The notes: generated by a model not told the origin, from the sequence alone. Counted from the first letter of the stretch, positions 36,938 through 48,952 are shown. The stretch is 64,000 nt of DNA from Escherichia coli (GCF_022846255.1 NZ_AP025682.1); one strand, 5' to 3'. Translations and numbers: made by a program.

Positions 36938-37759
36938 ATGTCGTGTGAAGAACTGGAAATTGTCTGGAACAATATTAAAGCTGAAGCCAGAACGCTGGCG
37001 GACTGTGAGCCAATGCTGGCCAGTTTTTACCACGCGACGCTACTCAAGCACGAAAACCTTGGCAGTGCACTGAGCTACATGCTGGCGAACAAGCTGTCAT
37101 CGCCCATTATGCCGGCTATTGCTATCCGTGAAGTGGTGGAAGAAGCCTACGCCGCCGACCCGGAAATGATCGCCTCTGCGGCCTGTGATATTCAGGCGGT
37201 GCGTACCCGTGACCCGGCGGTGGATAAATACTCAACCCCGTTGCTATACCTGAAGGGTTTTCATGCTTTGCAGGCGTATCGCATCGGTCACTGGTTGTGG
37301 AATCAGGGCCGTCGCGCGCTGGCTATTTTTCTACAAAACCAGGTCTCTGTAACGTTCCAGGTTGATATTCACCCGGCAGCAAAAATTGGTCGCGGTATCA
37401 TGCTCGACCACGCGACAGGCATCGTCGTTGGTGAAACGGCGGTGATTGAAAACGACGTGTCGATTCTGCAATCCGTTACCCTTGGCGGTACGGGTAAATC
37501 TGGCGGAGACCGTCACCCGAAAATTCGTGAAGGCGTGATGATTGGCGCAGGCGCGAAAATTCTCGGTAATATTGAAGTTGGGCGCGGCGCGAAGATTGGC
37601 GCAGGTTCCGTGGTGCTGCAACCGGTGCCGCCGCACACTACTGCCGCTGGCGTTCCGGCACGCATTGTCGGCAAGCCGGATAGCGATAAACCGTCAATGG
37701 ATATGGATCAGCATTTCAACGGCATTAACCATACGTTTGAGTATGGTGATGGGATCTGA
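36938..37759 (+). CDS. cysE: Serine O-acetyltransferase
   Basis: 273-aa ORF MSCEELEIVWNNIKAEARTLADCEPMLASFYHATLLKHENLGSALSYMLANKL... Confidence 0.95.
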   Translation: MSCEELEIVWNNIKAEARTLADCEPMLASFYHATLLKHENLGSALSYMLANKLSSPIMPAIAIREVVEEAYAADPEMIASAACDIQAVRTRDPAVDKYSTPLLYLKGFHALQAYRIGHWLWNQGRRALAIFLQNQVSVTFQVDIHPAAKIGRGIMLDHATGIVVGETAVIENDVSILQSVTLGGTGKSGGDRHPKIREGVMIGAGAKILGNIEVGRGAKIGAGSVVLQPVPPHTTAAGVPARIVGKPDSDKPSMDMDQHFNGINHTFEYGDGI

Positions 37760-37773
37760 CATTCTGTGATCGT

Positions 37774-37807
37774 GCCGGATGCGGCGTGAACGCCTTATCC
37801 GGCCTAC
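37774..37807. repeat. REP element (GCCGGATGCGGCGTGAACGCCTTATCCGGCCTAC) between cysE and trmL
   Basis: Canonical REP palindrome in the convergent intergenic gap. Confidence 0.75.
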
Positions 37808-37813
37808 CGCATC

Positions 37814-38287
37814 TTAATCTCTCAACACCGCTCCCGGATATCCCAGCTGCCGCCAGGCTTCATACACCACGACCGACACCGCATTGGACAGGTTCATGCT
37901 GCGGCTGTCCGGCACCATTGGAATGCGAATTTTTTGTTCAGCGGGCAGGGCATCAAGAATGCTCGCTGGCAGGCCGCGTGTTTCCGGGCCGAACATCAGA
38001 TAATCGCCATCCTGATAGCTTACGGCGCTGTGAGCAGGCGTACCTTTCGTGGTGAGGGCAAACAGACGCTGGGGATTTTCTGCTTCGAGAAACGCGCGAT
38101 AGTCATGATGACGCGTAACGGCGGTAAACTCGTGATAGTCCAGCCCCGCGCGGCGCAGGCGCTTATCGTCCCAGGCAAATCCCATCGGTTCGATGATATG
38201 CAGACGAAAGCCGGTATTAGCGCAAAGACGGATGATGTTGCCAGTATTTGGCGGAATTTCTGGTTCGTAAAGTACGATGTTTAGCAT
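37814..38287 (-). CDS. trmL: tRNA (cytidine/uridine-2'-O)-methyltransferase TrmL
   Basis: 157-aa [57 protein letters not shown]... Confidence 0.9.
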   Translation of the reverse strand: MLNIVLYEPEIPPNTGNIIRLCANTGFRLHIIEPMGFAWDDKRLRRAGLDYHEFTAVTRHHDYRAFLEAENPQRLFALTTKGTPAHSAVSYQDGDYLMFGPETRGLPASILDALPAEQKIRIPMVPDSRSMNLSNAVSVVVYEAWRQLGYPGAVLRD

Positions 38288-38359
38288 ACTGCCCCCTTAG
38301 TGCGGGGGCAGGATAGCAGAAAATTGGTGATTGGTACGGCCTTTTCCCCTCACCCCCAA

Positions 38360-39550
38360 CTATGCCGCATTCCCTTTCGCCATCGGAGCTAGTGCCGCAG
38401 GCAATTCTTTATCCAGCCCTTGCACCAGCGAATCTTGCGTAATTTCGCTAATCGATTTCGCGCCAGTCAGCGTCATCGCCACTTTCATCTCTTTTTCGAT
38501 CAGATTTAGCAGGTTAGCTACACCCGCCTGGCCCGCTGTTGCCAGCGCATACAGGAAAGCACGACCCAGCAGTACGGTGTCGGCACCGAGCGCAATCATA
38601 CGCACGACATCAAGCCCGTTACGTATTCCGCTATCCGCCAGAATGGCGATATCACCTTTCACCGCATCTGCAATAGCGGGCAACGCACGAGCGGAAGAGA
38701 GTACACCGTCCAGCTGGCGGCCACCGTGGTTAGAAACCACAATCCCATCAGCACCAAAACGTACTGCATCGCGCGCATCTTCCGGATCGAGGATCCCTTT
38801 GATCACCATCGGGCCATCCCAGAAATCGCGGATCCACTCAAGGTCTTTCCATGAGATGGACGGATCGAAGTTATTCCCCAGCCAGCCGATGTAATCTTCC
38901 AGTCCGGTCGGTTTGCCGAGATAAGCTGAGATATTACCTAAATCATGCGGACGACCGTTCAGGCCCACATCCCACGCCCATTGCGGATGCGTCACCGCCT
39001 GCAAATAGCGGCGCATTGCCGCGTTCGGGCCGCTCATCCCAGAATGCGCATCACGATAACGCGCTCCCGGTGTTGGCATATCCACGGTGAAAACCAGTGT
39101 CGAACAACCCGCTGCTTTTGCTCGCTCCAGTGCGTTACGCATAAAGCCGCGATCGCGCAGCACATAAAGCTGGAACCACATCGGACGTTTGATAGCCGGA
39201 GCCACTTCTTCAATCGGGCAAACGGAAACCGTCGAGAGAGTAAACGGAATGCCATGCGCATCCGCTGCTTTGGCAGCCTGAACTTCGCCGCGTCGCGCAT
39301 ACATGCCACACAAACCTACCGGACCTAGCGCCACCGGCATCGACAATTTCTCATTAAACAGCGTCGTTTCCAGGCTTAAGTCAGACATGTTTTTCAGAAT
39401 ACGCTGGCGCAGCGCCACTTCTGACAAATCTTCCACGTTGCGGCGCAGCGTGTATTCAGAATATGCACCCCCATCCATATAGTGGAACAGGAACGGCGGC
39501 AGAATGCGTTGCGCTGCGGCGCGATAATCGCTGGCTGCGGAAATAATCAT
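38360..39550 (-). CDS. lldD: L-lactate dehydrogenase (FMN-dependent)
   Basis: 396-aa [56 protein letters not shown]... Confidence 0.95.
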   Translation of the reverse strand: MIISAASDYRAAAQRILPPFLFHYMDGGAYSEYTLRRNVEDLSEVALRQRILKNMSDLSLETTLFNEKLSMPVALGPVGLCGMYARRGEVQAAKAADAHGIPFTLSTVSVCPIEEVAPAIKRPMWFQLYVLRDRGFMRNALERAKAAGCSTLVFTVDMPTPGARYRDAHSGMSGPNAAMRRYLQAVTHPQWAWDVGLNGRPHDLGNISAYLGKPTGLEDYIGWLGNNFDPSISWKDLEWIRDFWDGPMVIKGILDPEDARDAVRFGADGIVVSNHGGRQLDGVLSSARALPAIADAVKGDIAILADSGIRNGLDVVRMIALGADTVLLGRAFLYALATAGQAGVANLLNLIEKEMKVAMTLTGAKSISEITQDSLVQGLDKELPAALAPMAKGNAA

Positions 39551-40323
39551 GCGTTTTTCTCCCTCGAATGCTCATTATGGTCACCAGGCAGGCGGGTAAT
39601 GCGTGCATGGCGAGCCTGATCTTCATCGAATCGTTTCATGGTGGTGTGAACAAAGCTAAGGTGCGCCATCATTGCTTTACGCGCCCCGTCAGCATCACCG
39701 GCAAAAATGGCGTCAATGACTGCCTGATGTTGTTCGGTCAGCTGTGAAAAAACCGGGGGTACCAGATACATCCGCTGGCGGCTATGCTTCACGGAGGATT
39801 GCAGGACATCGAAGAAACCGCGCATGGTTTGCAGCAGCACGATGTTATGTGAGGCTTCGGCAATCGCCAGATGAAAACGAACGTCCGCTTGTGAGGCGAG
39901 ATCCGGGTCTTCACTTAGCGTTGCTTCAAAGCAAAGCTGAATCTTTTCTTTTTCGCCAGGTGTGGCGCGCATTGCCGCATGCCACGCGGTGCTGGCTTCA
40001 ATGGCGTAGCGGGCTTCCAGAATATCGAAACTGTAATCCGGATCATCGGCCATCAGCGTTTTCAGCGGCTGGACGATGTTTTGCTCCGACCATGTGTCAT
40101 GACGCCAGCGAATAAACGTCCCGCCGCCACGTCGACTGAGCAGCACACCTTCGCTTACCAGTTTCGCCAGCGCCTCGCGCAGTGAATTTCTCGACACGCC
40201 GAGTTGCATCGCCAGTTGACGTTCAGCGGGCAACTTCATGCCCGCTTCCAGGTTTTTTTCATCAATCAGCGCCCGCACACGATCGGCAACCTCGTCTGAC
40301 AGGCGTCTGGGTAAAACAATCAT
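39547..40323 (-). CDS. lldR: GntR-family regulator LldR
   Basis: ORF contains [52 protein letters not shown]...; 258 aa; overlaps the lldD start and lldP stop. Confidence 0.9.
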   Translation of the reverse strand: MIVLPRRLSDEVADRVRALIDEKNLEAGMKLPAERQLAMQLGVSRNSLREALAKLVSEGVLLSRRGGGTFIRWRHDTWSEQNIVQPLKTLMADDPDYSFDILEARYAIEASTAWHAAMRATPGEKEKIQLCFEATLSEDPDLASQADVRFHLAIAEASHNIVLLQTMRGFFDVLQSSVKHSRQRMYLVPPVFSQLTEQHQAVIDAIFAGDADGARKAMMAHLSFVHTTMKRFDEDQARHARITRLPGDHNEHSREKNA

Positions 40324-41978
40324 TAAGGAATCATCCACGTTAAGACATAGGCCTGAAGCGTGGTGATCACGCCCACCATACAGGTGAAGATCAGGCTGTG
40401 TTTGACAGTAAAGCGGAACAAATCAGACTCTTTGCCCACCAGGCCTACCGCCGCACAGGCGATAGCGATAGATTGCGGAGAGATCATTTTGCCGGTGACA
40501 CCACCGGTGGTGTTGGCAGCAACCAGCAACAGGTCAGAAACGCCAATTTGTTGTGCGGCGGTAGCCTGCAAAGCGGCAAACAAAGCATTAGATGACGTAT
40601 CCGACCCGGTCAGGAATACCCCAAGCCAGCCGAGGAACGGCGAGAAGAAGGTGAATGCATGACCGGTGTGCGCCAGTGCCAGCGCCAGTGTTGATGACAA
40701 ACCGGAATAGTTCGAGATAAAGGCGAACGCCAGCACCATACCGATGGAGTAGATAGGCAGAGCCAGTTCTTTCAGCGTGCTGCCGAAGGTGCTGATAGCG
40801 TCAGATGGTTTCATCTTCAGCCAGACAATCGAGAGCAGGGCAGCAAAAAGAATGGCGGTACCGGTGGCAGAGAACCAGTCAAACTTAAACACGGCGGCAT
40901 ACGCTGTCGCTTCGCTGACCACTGGCGGCATACGGGCAACCAGTTTATCGAGGTACGGCACCGGAATGTTGATCACCCACTCATACAGCGCACCGCCTGA
41001 AGCGAACAGGGCTTTAAACGGCGGGATACTCCACAGCGTTACGGTGGCGGTCAGGAACAGAAACGGTGTCCAGGCGCGCAGCACCTGACCTGCCGTGTAA
41101 CCTGTGTGAGCCAGCGTCATATCAACCTGTGACGCCCCCAAGTCACCGAAGCGGAATACGCGCACTGGTTGCCAGCGTTTGAGGAACAGCGTCAGGCAGA
41201 GCAGTGATACCAGCGAAGAGATAATGTCTGGCAGTTCCGGCCCAATGAAGTTAGAGCTGAGGTATTGAGCAATGGCAAACGAACCACCTGCAACCACGAC
41301 CGCAGGCCACGTCTCTTTGATACCGCGCCAACCGTCCATAATCGCCATGATCCAGAACAGCACGATAATGGTCATAAACGGCAGCTGACGCCCCACCATC
41401 TGACCAATCTCAAAGCTGTCGATGCCTGTTACCTGCCCGGCGACCAGAATCGGAATACCCATCGCGCCAAATGCCACTGGTGCGGTGTTAACAATCAGGC
41501 ACAGTCCGGCGGCGTAGAGTGGTTTAAAGCCCAGACCGACCAGCAATGCGGCGGTAATTGCTACCGGTGCGCCAAAGCCTGCGGCTCCTTCAAGGAAAGC
41601 GCCGAAACAGAAACCGACGATCAGCATTTGCAGGCGCTGGTCAGGGGTTATCGAAAGAATAGACGAGCGAATGATGTCAAACTGCCCGGTTTTCACCGAG
41701 ATCTTATAGACGAACACCGCTGCAATAATGATCCACGCGATGGGCCACAACCCGTAGAAGAAGCCATAAACCACCGAGGCCAGCGCGTTAGCGACCGGCA
41801 TTTTATAGAACAGCAAAGCCACGGCAAGGGCGATTGCCACCGTCCATGAGGCGGCGACGTATCCTTTCAGTTTGAGCTTAATCAGCGCAAAGAAGAAAAA
41901 CAGGATGGGAAGCGATGCTATCAGGCTGGAAAGCCAGATATTCCCGGCGGGATCGTAGTTTTGTTGCCAGAGATTCAT
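40323..41978 (-). CDS. lldP: L-lactate permease
   Basis: ORF contains [44 protein letters not shown]...; 551 aa, polytopic. Confidence 0.95.
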
Positions 41979-42052
41979 TGCAGGTCTCCTGCAGTCCACA
42001 CACGCCGTGTAATGAGTCTGTTGCTCATCTCCTTGTCACACGTTGTGTAAAA

Positions 42053-42068
42053 GTGGCACTGCCAATTG
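42053..42068. promoter_or_regulatory. Putative LldR operator (palindromic TGGCACTGCCA core) upstream of lldP
   Basis: Palindrome about 80 bp upstream of the lldP start; LldR is known to use two operators flanking the lldP promoter; assignment from position and symmetry. Confidence 0.35.
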
Positions 42069-42175
42069 TGTTGTGTAGGGATAATGACAATGGATAGTTA
42101 ACTAAATGTTATGCATTAGCAACATTGATGTGAGTTTTAATTGGGGAATTGTGAACCAGAGGTCAGATAAGCGAA

Positions 42176-42194
42176 GAATTGGTAGGGCCAATTC
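42176..42194. promoter_or_regulatory. Putative LldR operator GAATTGGTAGGGCCAATTC (perfect 7-bp arms)
   Basis: Palindrome about 200 bp upstream of the lldP start and about 120 bp from the other site; matches my recollection of the LldR O1 palindrome AATTGGCCCTACCAATT (reverse strand). Confidence 0.5.
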
Positions 42195-42273
42195 TGGGAG
42201 AGGGGTAATGAAGAAAAGGGCAATTCCCATCAGAGAATTGCCCTCAGATTGTTGATCTGGTGCGCCTTATCTT

Positions 42274-42357
42274 GCCGGATGCGGCGTGAACGCCTTATCC
42301 GGCCTACAGGGTAGTGCTGAATCACCCCGTAGGCCTGATAAGCGTAGCGCATCAGGC
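42274..42357. repeat. BIME: two inverted REP elements between the adhesin gene 3' end and the lldP promoter
   Basis: GCCGGATGCGGCGTGAACGCCTTATCCGGCCTAC followed by inverted REP GTAGGCCTGATAAGCGTAGCGCATCAGGC. Confidence 0.75.
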
Positions 42358-42389
42358 AATGTGGCGTTTACCCATTTGTTAATGGATCA

Positions 42390-45300
42390 TTACCACTGAA
42401 TACCAGCACCGAGTGCGGCGGAGTATTCACCCTGGCTATTGGTACTACCTTGTAATTTGTAGACCCAACGACCATTGGCGCTCACCATCGACACACCTAA
42501 AGCAACAGCCGATTCACCGTTGTAAGTACCGCCACCAATAGACGCCATGCTGGCACCCGGCGTGTAAGCCTGCGGCAGACCGGTCATTGCCATTGCAGAA
42601 GCGATACCACCACTCAGCTTGCTTTCAGTTTTGGACAGTTTGTTATCCATCTCAACCATGCGCTGATCGGTGTATTGCTTCGTTTCCTGCACACTTTGCT
42701 TCAACTGCGCATAGTTCACTGCGTCGTTGTTGTTCACGCCAGCAGAAACGTTGCTGATGCGAGTCGTACCGCTATTGCCGCCACCGAGAGTGATGTTGCT
42801 GTAGTCGATAGAGCCATCAGCTTTGGTGTCGTAGCGCACGCCGCCTGCTTCAGAAGACTTCAGTTGCGAAACGTTAACCGCATCGGTGGCATTAACACCG
42901 GCAGCAACGTTGGTGATACGGCGCTGGTTGGTAGAAGAACCCACAGAGATCGTATTTTCTTCGTCTGCTACGGAACCCGTGCCCAGTGCGACGCTGTTGT
43001 CAGCGGCAGCAATGGAACCAGAACCAATCGCAACACTGTCTTTACCCTGCGCGTTGGCGTCTGCGCCATCGGTGTTGGTCTTGAAGTACTTAGTGCTACC
43101 GGTGGTTACGATATCGCCAATGCCGTTTTCGATATTGGTCACGCGAGTATCCAGATTAGTGACCTGAGTGTTCAGGTTAGTAATGCTCTGGGTATTCTGG
43201 GAAACCTGCGCGTCCGTTACTTTCAACTGACCCACGTTAACCGCATCGGTATCCGCCGAACCTGCTGCGACGTTGGTGATCTGACGTTGACCGTCTTCAC
43301 TGCCGACAGAGAACTCACCCACAGAGTTCTGCGGTGCGTCCATGTTGTAGGCAGTGTAGTTGGTCTGCGCGCCACGGGTAGTCTGAGAACCATTACCCAT
43401 TGCAATGCTGTCGGCATGATTTGCGCGTGCGTTAGAACCGATAGCAATACCGTTGATCGCATCAGCCAGAACTAAAGTGTTCAGGCCGATACCAATACCC
43501 GCATTACCATTAACGATGGTTTTCGCGCCCATTGCCAGCGAGTCTTCACCGACTGCCAGTGAGTCTTCAGCCGTTGAGTTGGCGTGATAGTATTTGGTTG
43601 GTGTGGTTGCGACTGCACCAATGGCGTTCTGCAACTGGCGAACAGTAACAGCGTCATGGGCTTCAGAACCATCCGCGACGTTGATGATTTGACGATATTT
43701 ACCATCATCACCGATCGACAATGCACCAAGCAGTTCGCCGTCAGTTGTGTCATAACCAATAACCACTCCATCTTCTGTTACGCTGGTAGAGCGTGAACCT
43801 TTCAAAATGACCCGGTTAGAGACCGAATTGCTGCCTAATGCGATGCCGGAATCGATAGTGCTACTGCTGTTCTGACCAATCGCGACACTGCTTTCCCCGG
43901 AAGCGACAGAGTTATAACCCACAGCCGTTGAGCCAACGCCCGCGGCGCTTGCGTCGACAAAGGTTAAGCCCGTGTCGTTGGTGCGAACATAGTTAATACC
44001 CGCCCCATTTTCTTCGATATAGGTACTGTTAGTATTACCGGCGAGTTGGTTGATGATCTCACTATTCTGATTGATCAACATATTCGCGGCATACAACTGA
44101 GAACCGTTAACGGCATCGGTACTGGCGGCAGAAAGTTCACCTGCGGCAACATTCGTGATTTTGCTGGTGGTGTTAGTGCCGTGCGCCGCAGAGAATGAGC
44201 CGGATACGGAATCCCACGTCATCGCATCTTCACCGAGACTGTCGATAGCATCAGTCAGATTGGTGATGTTGGTAGTGTTAGTGGCAACGTCAGTGGTCAG
44301 ATTACTGATATTGGTGGTGTTGGCTGCCACATTCTCGTTGGTAGTATTCAACTGAGAGCCATTAATCGCATCAGTACTGGTGGCACTGATCTCACCCGCA
44401 GCAACATAAGCGATTTTGCTGGCACTACCACCGTGACTGGCACTGAAACTGCCTGAAGCGTTGTCCCAGAGCAGGGCATCGCCGAGTGAGGTTCCGACCG
44501 AAGTGTTAATGGCTGCCAGGGCATCGCCTACGCTGTTGTAGTCAGTTCCATTAATACTATAGGTTGGGCCAGTAAATACACCTGTATCACTTACAGTGGC
44601 ACCGCCACCAAAATAATCCGCTACCGTACTGCTAAGACCGTAGAGTTGTCCACCGTTCACGGCATCGGTACTGGTGGCAGAAATAGCACCTGCGGTGACA
44701 TTGGTGATTTTGCTGGTGGCGTCAGTGCCGTGCGCAGCGCTGAATGCTGTGCCCTTCCACAACAGAGAATCGTCACCGAGACTGTCAACAGCGTCAGTCA
44801 GGTTAGTGATACTGGTGGTATTGCCAGCGACGTCGTTGGTCAGATTAGTGATATTGGTAGTGTTGGCAGCAACATCGTCTTTGGTGGCTTTCAACTGCGA
44901 ACCGTTAACGGCGTCAGTGCTGCCAGCTGTCAGGTCACCGGCTTTGACATTGGTGATTTTGCTGGTGGCGTCAGTGCCGTGCGCAGCGCTGAATGCTGTG
45001 CCCTTCCACAACAGAGAATCGTCACCGAGACTGTCAACAGCGTCAGTCAGGTTAGTGATACTGGTGGTATTGCCAGCGACGTCGTTGGTCAGATTAGTGA
45101 TATTGGTAGTGTTGGCAGCAACATCGTCTTTGGTGGCTTTCAACTGCGAACCGTTAACGGCGTCAGTGCTGCCAGCTGTCAGGTCACCGGCTTTGACATT
45201 GGTGATTTTGCTGGTGGCGTCAGTGCCGTGCGCAGCGCTGAATGCTGTGCCCTTCCACAACAGAGAATCGTCACCGAGACTGTCAACAGCGTCAGTCAGG

Positions 45301-47021
45301 TTAGTGATACTGGTGGTATTGCCAGCGACGTCGTTGGTCAGATTAGTGATATTGGTAGTGTTGGCAGCAACGTCGTCTTTGGTGGCTTTCAACTGCGAAC
45401 CGTTAACAGCGTCAGTGCTGCCAGCAGTCAGGCTGCCAGCACTGACGTTGGTGATTTTGCTGGTGGCTTCGGTGCCGTGTGCGGCACTGAATGCTGTGCC
45501 GTTCCACAACAGAGCATCCTGCTGCAGGTCGTACAATTGAGAGCCGTTTACTACATCGGTGCTGGTTGCAGAAACCGTACCTTTAGCAACATTAGTGATT
45601 TTGTTGGTGGCATTTGCACCGTGATTGGCGCTGAACGCCCCCGCGGTTTTATTCCATTGTAGGGTATTATTGTCGATTCCTGACAGAGCATCACCCACGT
45701 TATTATAGGTTCCGCTTCTCAACGCGTAGCTTACTGCGGTTACGGTGCCATCGCTGCCTACAGTAGCGCCTCCTCCGAGTCGCTTGGCGACTGAATCACT
45801 GATCGTATAAAGCTGTGAGCCGTTGATGGCATCGGTACTGGTGTTGCTTATGGCACCAGCAGCCATATTAACAATTTTGCGTTTTGTTGCGCTGTTGCCA
45901 ACTGAAACCGTATTGCTTGCATCTGTGGTCGATCCTGCGCCGATAGCGACAGAATTGTCGGTCGCTGCTGCAGCCCCTACACCGAGGGCGACAGAATCAT
46001 TGCCGTTTGCCCTGGACTGGCTACCGAAAGCAAGGCTGTTGCTGCCACCAGCGGCACTACCCTCTCCCAATGCGATGGCATTCTCTCCCGAGGACAAACT
46101 GTTACTTCCCAACGCGATTGAGTTCACTTTGCTTGCAATGCTACCTTGCCCCAGCGCAATCGCATTTTGTTCGCTGGCTTCACTGGTGTTACCTAATGCA
46201 ATACTGGATTCGCCAGATGCCTGACTTGCATTACCCAGGGCCATCGAATTCACTCCCAGGGCTTGCGTTTTGTTCCCAATCGCGATGGCGTTATCGTTCG
46301 AACTGATACTGTCAGCACCTATTGCCAGTGAGCCAGTGCTATTAGCTGTAGATTGTCTGCCGAATGCGAGGCTATCAGCACCGGCAGCATTGCTACTTGC
46401 TCCCAGCGCCATTGCATAATCTTTTGACGCATTGGCATTATCACCGAGGGCGATGCTCATAATTTCGTAAGCTTTAGCCGAATTTCCTAACGCAATAGTT
46501 TTTTCACCATCGGCAAGGGAGGAGTCCCCAATAGCAAGAGATGTATAACCATTCGTCTTTGCGTAACGACCAAAAGCCATCGAACGATCGCCATTTGCTA
46601 CTGACGATGCACCCAGCGCGACACTTCTGTCACCCATTGATTTTGCACTAACCCCGAACGCCATGGATGCTCCACCAGTTGCAAGGGTTTTTGACCCGAT
46701 GGCAGAACTGTACTCACCTTCGGCTATCGCGTCATATCCTAAAGCTGTACTCGCGCCACTAGTGTTCATAAAGGTATTTGCTTTTGCCCCTTTACCGATA
46801 GCAACCCAGCCGTCACCTGCTGAGCCATCGCCATAATCAGTTGGCTGCCCGTCGTAGTTATTAGCTAACGCTCCAAACGACGACAACAACCCACCCGCAA
46901 CCAACGCAGAAATTAACAGCTTACTGCGCCCGCTTTTTTTACCACGGCTCTTCGCCGTTTCGCTGGCAACGCTGTAACTGCCCGTCGCCGGGTTCCAGAT
47001 AACTTTAAATATTTTATTCAT
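42390..47021 (-). CDS. upaG: Trimeric autotransporter adhesin, UpaG/EhaG/SadA family (1543 aa)
   Basis: N-terminal extended signal peptide [21 protein letters not shown]...; long low-complexity stalk with tandem repeats; C-terminal YadA-like anchor ending ...[13 protein letters not shown]; located between yibL and lldP, where UpaG/EhaG sit. Confidence 0.85.
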   Translation of the reverse strand: MNKIFKVIWNPATGSYSVASETAKSRGKKSGRSKLLISALVAGGLLSSFGALANNYDGQPTDYGDGSAGDGWVAIGKGAKANTFMNTSGASTALGYDAIAEGEYSSAIGSKTLATGGASMAFGVSAKSMGDRSVALGASSVANGDRSMAFGRYAKTNGYTSLAIGDSSLADGEKTIALGNSAKAYEIMSIALGDNANASKDYAMALGASSNAAGADSLAFGRQSTANSTGSLAIGADSISSNDNAIAIGNKTQALGVNSMALGNASQASGESSIALGNTSEASEQNAIALGQGSIASKVNSIALGSNSLSSGENAIALGEGSAAGGSNSLAFGSQSRANGNDSVALGVGAAAATDNSVAIGAGSTTDASNTVSVGNSATKRKIVNMAAGAISNTSTDAINGSQLYTISDSVAKRLGGGATVGSDGTVTAVSYALRSGTYNNVGDALSGIDNNTLQWNKTAGAFSANHGANATNKITNVAKGTVSATSTDVVNGSQLYDLQQDALLWNGTAFSAAHGTEATSKITNVSAGSLTAGSTDAVNGSQLKATKDDVAANTTNITNLTNDVAGNTTSITNLTDAVDSLGDDSLLWKGTAFSAAHGTDATSKITNVKAGDLTAGSTDAVNGSQLKATKDDVAANTTNITNLTNDVAGNTTSITNLTDAVDSLGDDSLLWKGTAFSAAHGTDATSKITNVKAGDLTAGSTDAVNGSQLKATKDDVAANTTNITNLTNDVAGNTTSITNLTDAVDSLGDDSLLWKGTAFSAAHGTDATSKITNVTAGAISATSTDAVNGGQLYGLSSTVADYFGGGATVSDTGVFTGPTYSINGTDYNSVGDALAAINTSVGTSLGDALLWDNASGSFSASHGGSASKIAYVAAGEISATSTDAINGSQLNTTNENVAANTTNISNLTTDVATNTTNITNLTDAIDSLGEDAMTWDSVSGSFSAAHGTNTTSKITNVAAGELSAASTDAVNGSQLYAANMLINQNSEIINQLAGNTNSTYIEENGAGINYVRTNDTGLTFVDASAAGVGSTAVGYNSVASGESSVAIGQNSSSTIDSGIALGSNSVSNRVILKGSRSTSVTEDGVVIGYDTTDGELLGALSIGDDGKYRQIINVADGSEAHDAVTVRQLQNAIGAVATTPTKYYHANSTAEDSLAVGEDSLAMGAKTIVNGNAGIGIGLNTLVLADAINGIAIGSNARANHADSIAMGNGSQTTRGAQTNYTAYNMDAPQNSVGEFSVGSEDGQRQITNVAAGSADTDAVNVGQLKVTDAQVSQNTQSITNLNTQVTNLDTRVTNIENGIGDIVTTGSTKYFKTNTDGADANAQGKDSVAIGSGSIAAADNSVALGTGSVADEENTISVGSSTNQRRITNVAAGVNATDAVNVSQLKSSEAGGVRYDTKADGSIDYSNITLGGGNSGTTRISNVSAGVNNNDAVNYAQLKQSVQETKQYTDQRMVEMDNKLSKTESKLSGGIASAMAMTGLPQAYTPGASMASIGGGTYNGESAVALGVSMVSANGRWVYKLQGSTNSQGEYSAALGAGIQW
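44640..45620. repeat. Tandem 249-bp (83-codon) direct repeats inside the adhesin gene, about 3 near-identical copies plus diverged flanking copies
   Basis: Segment ttggtgattttgctggtggcgtcagtgccgtgcgcagcgctgaatgctgtgccc... recurs near 44701, 44950 and 45199; the protein shows the unit [25 protein letters not shown]...[11 protein letters not shown] three times. Confidence 0.85.
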
Positions 47022-47064
47022 TATTGATGCTCTCTATTCCTTGATATAAGCGCAGAGGCTGCAT

Positions 47065-47748
47065 TTATTTTTTGTTTTTCCGCTGTGGAGATTCAGCAGT
47101 TTGAAGACGGTCGAACTGAATATTTGCCATGTTGATGGCTAATTTCAGATATTTGAGGTTGTTGGGCGAGACACCTTTTAGCGTCAAATTAATGTCTTGC
47201 CATTGACCTGGTAATAATTTCAGGGAGGAGTTCATTGAGGTACTAAATAGCAATTGCTGCCATTTTGCTAATGCGTTGATGTCGGTGGGTTTTTCTCCCC
47301 CCCATGTCGCGTAGAAACCCATATTTGATACAGGAACACTTAATAAGTTAACCAGTGAAATACGAATAACGCTGCCGTTTTCTACTGCGTCAATAGACAG
47401 TATTTTCCCTGCCAAACCAACAGAACCGTTATTTAAAATGAAGTATTGGGTTTGTGCCGGGTTAAATTCTGTAAAGACAAATTCGTCCTGTTTGTCTTTA
47501 ACTGCCTTCACCACGCCAGCGAGCGTTTTGGTACTGTTTATGATGGTAGTTTGTTGTTTTTCAAAGTGTTCTATCTTGCGCTTGTCGAGTTCTTGTTGTT
47601 TTTCAAGCGCCTCAATTTTGCTTTTTTGTAACTCTTGCTGTGTAACGAGATCGTCGACCTTACTCGCTTTTTCAATATAGTCACACCCTACCAATAAGCA
47701 AAGTTGCAATATCATTAACACGCTTAACAGTGTTTTCTTTAGGTTCAT
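47065..47748 (-). CDS. SadB-like lipoprotein encoded just upstream of the adhesin gene
   Basis: 227-aa ORF with lipoprotein signal peptide and lipobox (LLVGC), then a coiled-coil-like stretch (ELQKSKIEALEKQQELDKRKIEHFEKQQ) and a C-terminal domain; 43 bp upstream of and co-oriented with the adhesin gene, like Salmonella sadB-sadA. Confidence 0.65.
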   Translation of the reverse strand: MNLKKTLLSVLMILQLCLLVGCDYIEKASKVDDLVTQQELQKSKIEALEKQQELDKRKIEHFEKQQTTIINSTKTLAGVVKAVKDKQDEFVFTEFNPAQTQYFILNNGSVGLAGKILSIDAVENGSVIRISLVNLLSVPVSNMGFYATWGGEKPTDINALAKWQQLLFSTSMNSSLKLLPGQWQDINLTLKGVSPNNLKYLKLAINMANIQFDRLQTAESPQRKNKK

Positions 47749-48306
47749 AGGATGAATTCCTTTTCATAATCCCGATACAGTTGATAATTACGGCACAATC
47801 ATTTTTTTTATGAATAATTGGAGTGGGGCATATCCGCAAAATAAATTTGTTAGAGAATTTTTGTATTAATTGGTTGTGCGAATATGTTATTAAATGTCAA
47901 ACGATTTCAGTTTGTAGCCAATAATATTAATCGCGCGGATTTTAATGATCGGTGTCAATCGATGTCAAATGTTTCACCGGATAAAGGCACAGGGCATGGA
48001 AAGGTAAATATTCAGTTGAGTGATGTTTTATTGTGGAATTTGCGAAGATGATTGAAAAATTTAAATAATTAATTATGTTTCAAGCATTGATATGCGGCAA
48101 TTCATTGTTAATATTGATACATCGTTCTTTAATTTGTATCTGATTTTCAGAATTTAGCCTGGCATGTGCGCTAAAAAGAATAGAGGAGATTGAATATATA
48201 ATGTTAAGAACGTTATAAATATTCGATCTCTGAAACAGGCTCCTGCATGTGCCAGCAGGAGCGAGTAAATGGTGAGAGGCTGTGATTACAGCGACGAGAA
48301 AGGAAC

Positions 48307-48669
48307 TTAAAACGCAGTCTTTGAGAACCCTGTCATCTCTTGCAGGCCCATTTCACGGCCCAGCGCGGTCATTGGGTGCACAACCACCAGTCCGCGAACA
48401 CTTTTTTTCAGTTTGCCCATATCAGCCTGCTCTTTTTTGGTGATTGCACGCTGGAACGGCATCTTCATCAGTTTCTGCGCTTCTTTGCTGAGTTTCTGGC
48501 TGTGAACTTCGCGCAGGCGAGCAATTTCTGCTTCCAGCGTGGCTTTCTCTTTTTCCAGTTCGGCATATTTGTCTGCGGCTTCAACCAGCGATAGATCGGC
48601 CTGCTGGTGACGGATGGCGTCCAGACGATCGCTGAGACGTTTGATTTCGTTTTTTTCGACTTCTTTCAT
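48307..48669 (-). CDS. yibL: YibL (ribosome-associated protein, 120 aa)
   Basis: 120-aa [59 protein letters not shown]... Confidence 0.85.
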
Positions 48670-48952
48670 GTGATGACTTCTGATAGAGATAAATTTATAG
48701 CCTCTAGTATGCGCGACCAGGTGCTTTGTTCACAACTAATGGCATTGTAATAGTTCCAGATTGTAACCATTAATGCGTTAAAAAATCACCCAATACATTG
48801 ATTAGTTAAGAAATTTAAAGAAAAAAGATAGTCAACAGAAGCAGGTGATTATTGAGGATTGAGCACGTTTTCCTTAATGTCATTTATACCGGGATCTAAA
48901 CTAAAATTGGCGGCCGCGCATTCCCGGCGCGGGGTAATACGGAGATATCATC

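Noticed and set aside
44640-45620. Possible CRISPR array suggested by tandem direct repeats
   Set aside because: The period is 249 bp with no unique spacers, the repeats are in frame inside a large ORF, and no cas genes are nearby; these are protein-coding repeats
44646-45662. Plus-strand ORFs of 288 and 338 aa with internal repeats
   Set aside because: Antisense to the adhesin gene; their repeats only reflect the 249-bp tandem repeats of the adhesin coding sequence
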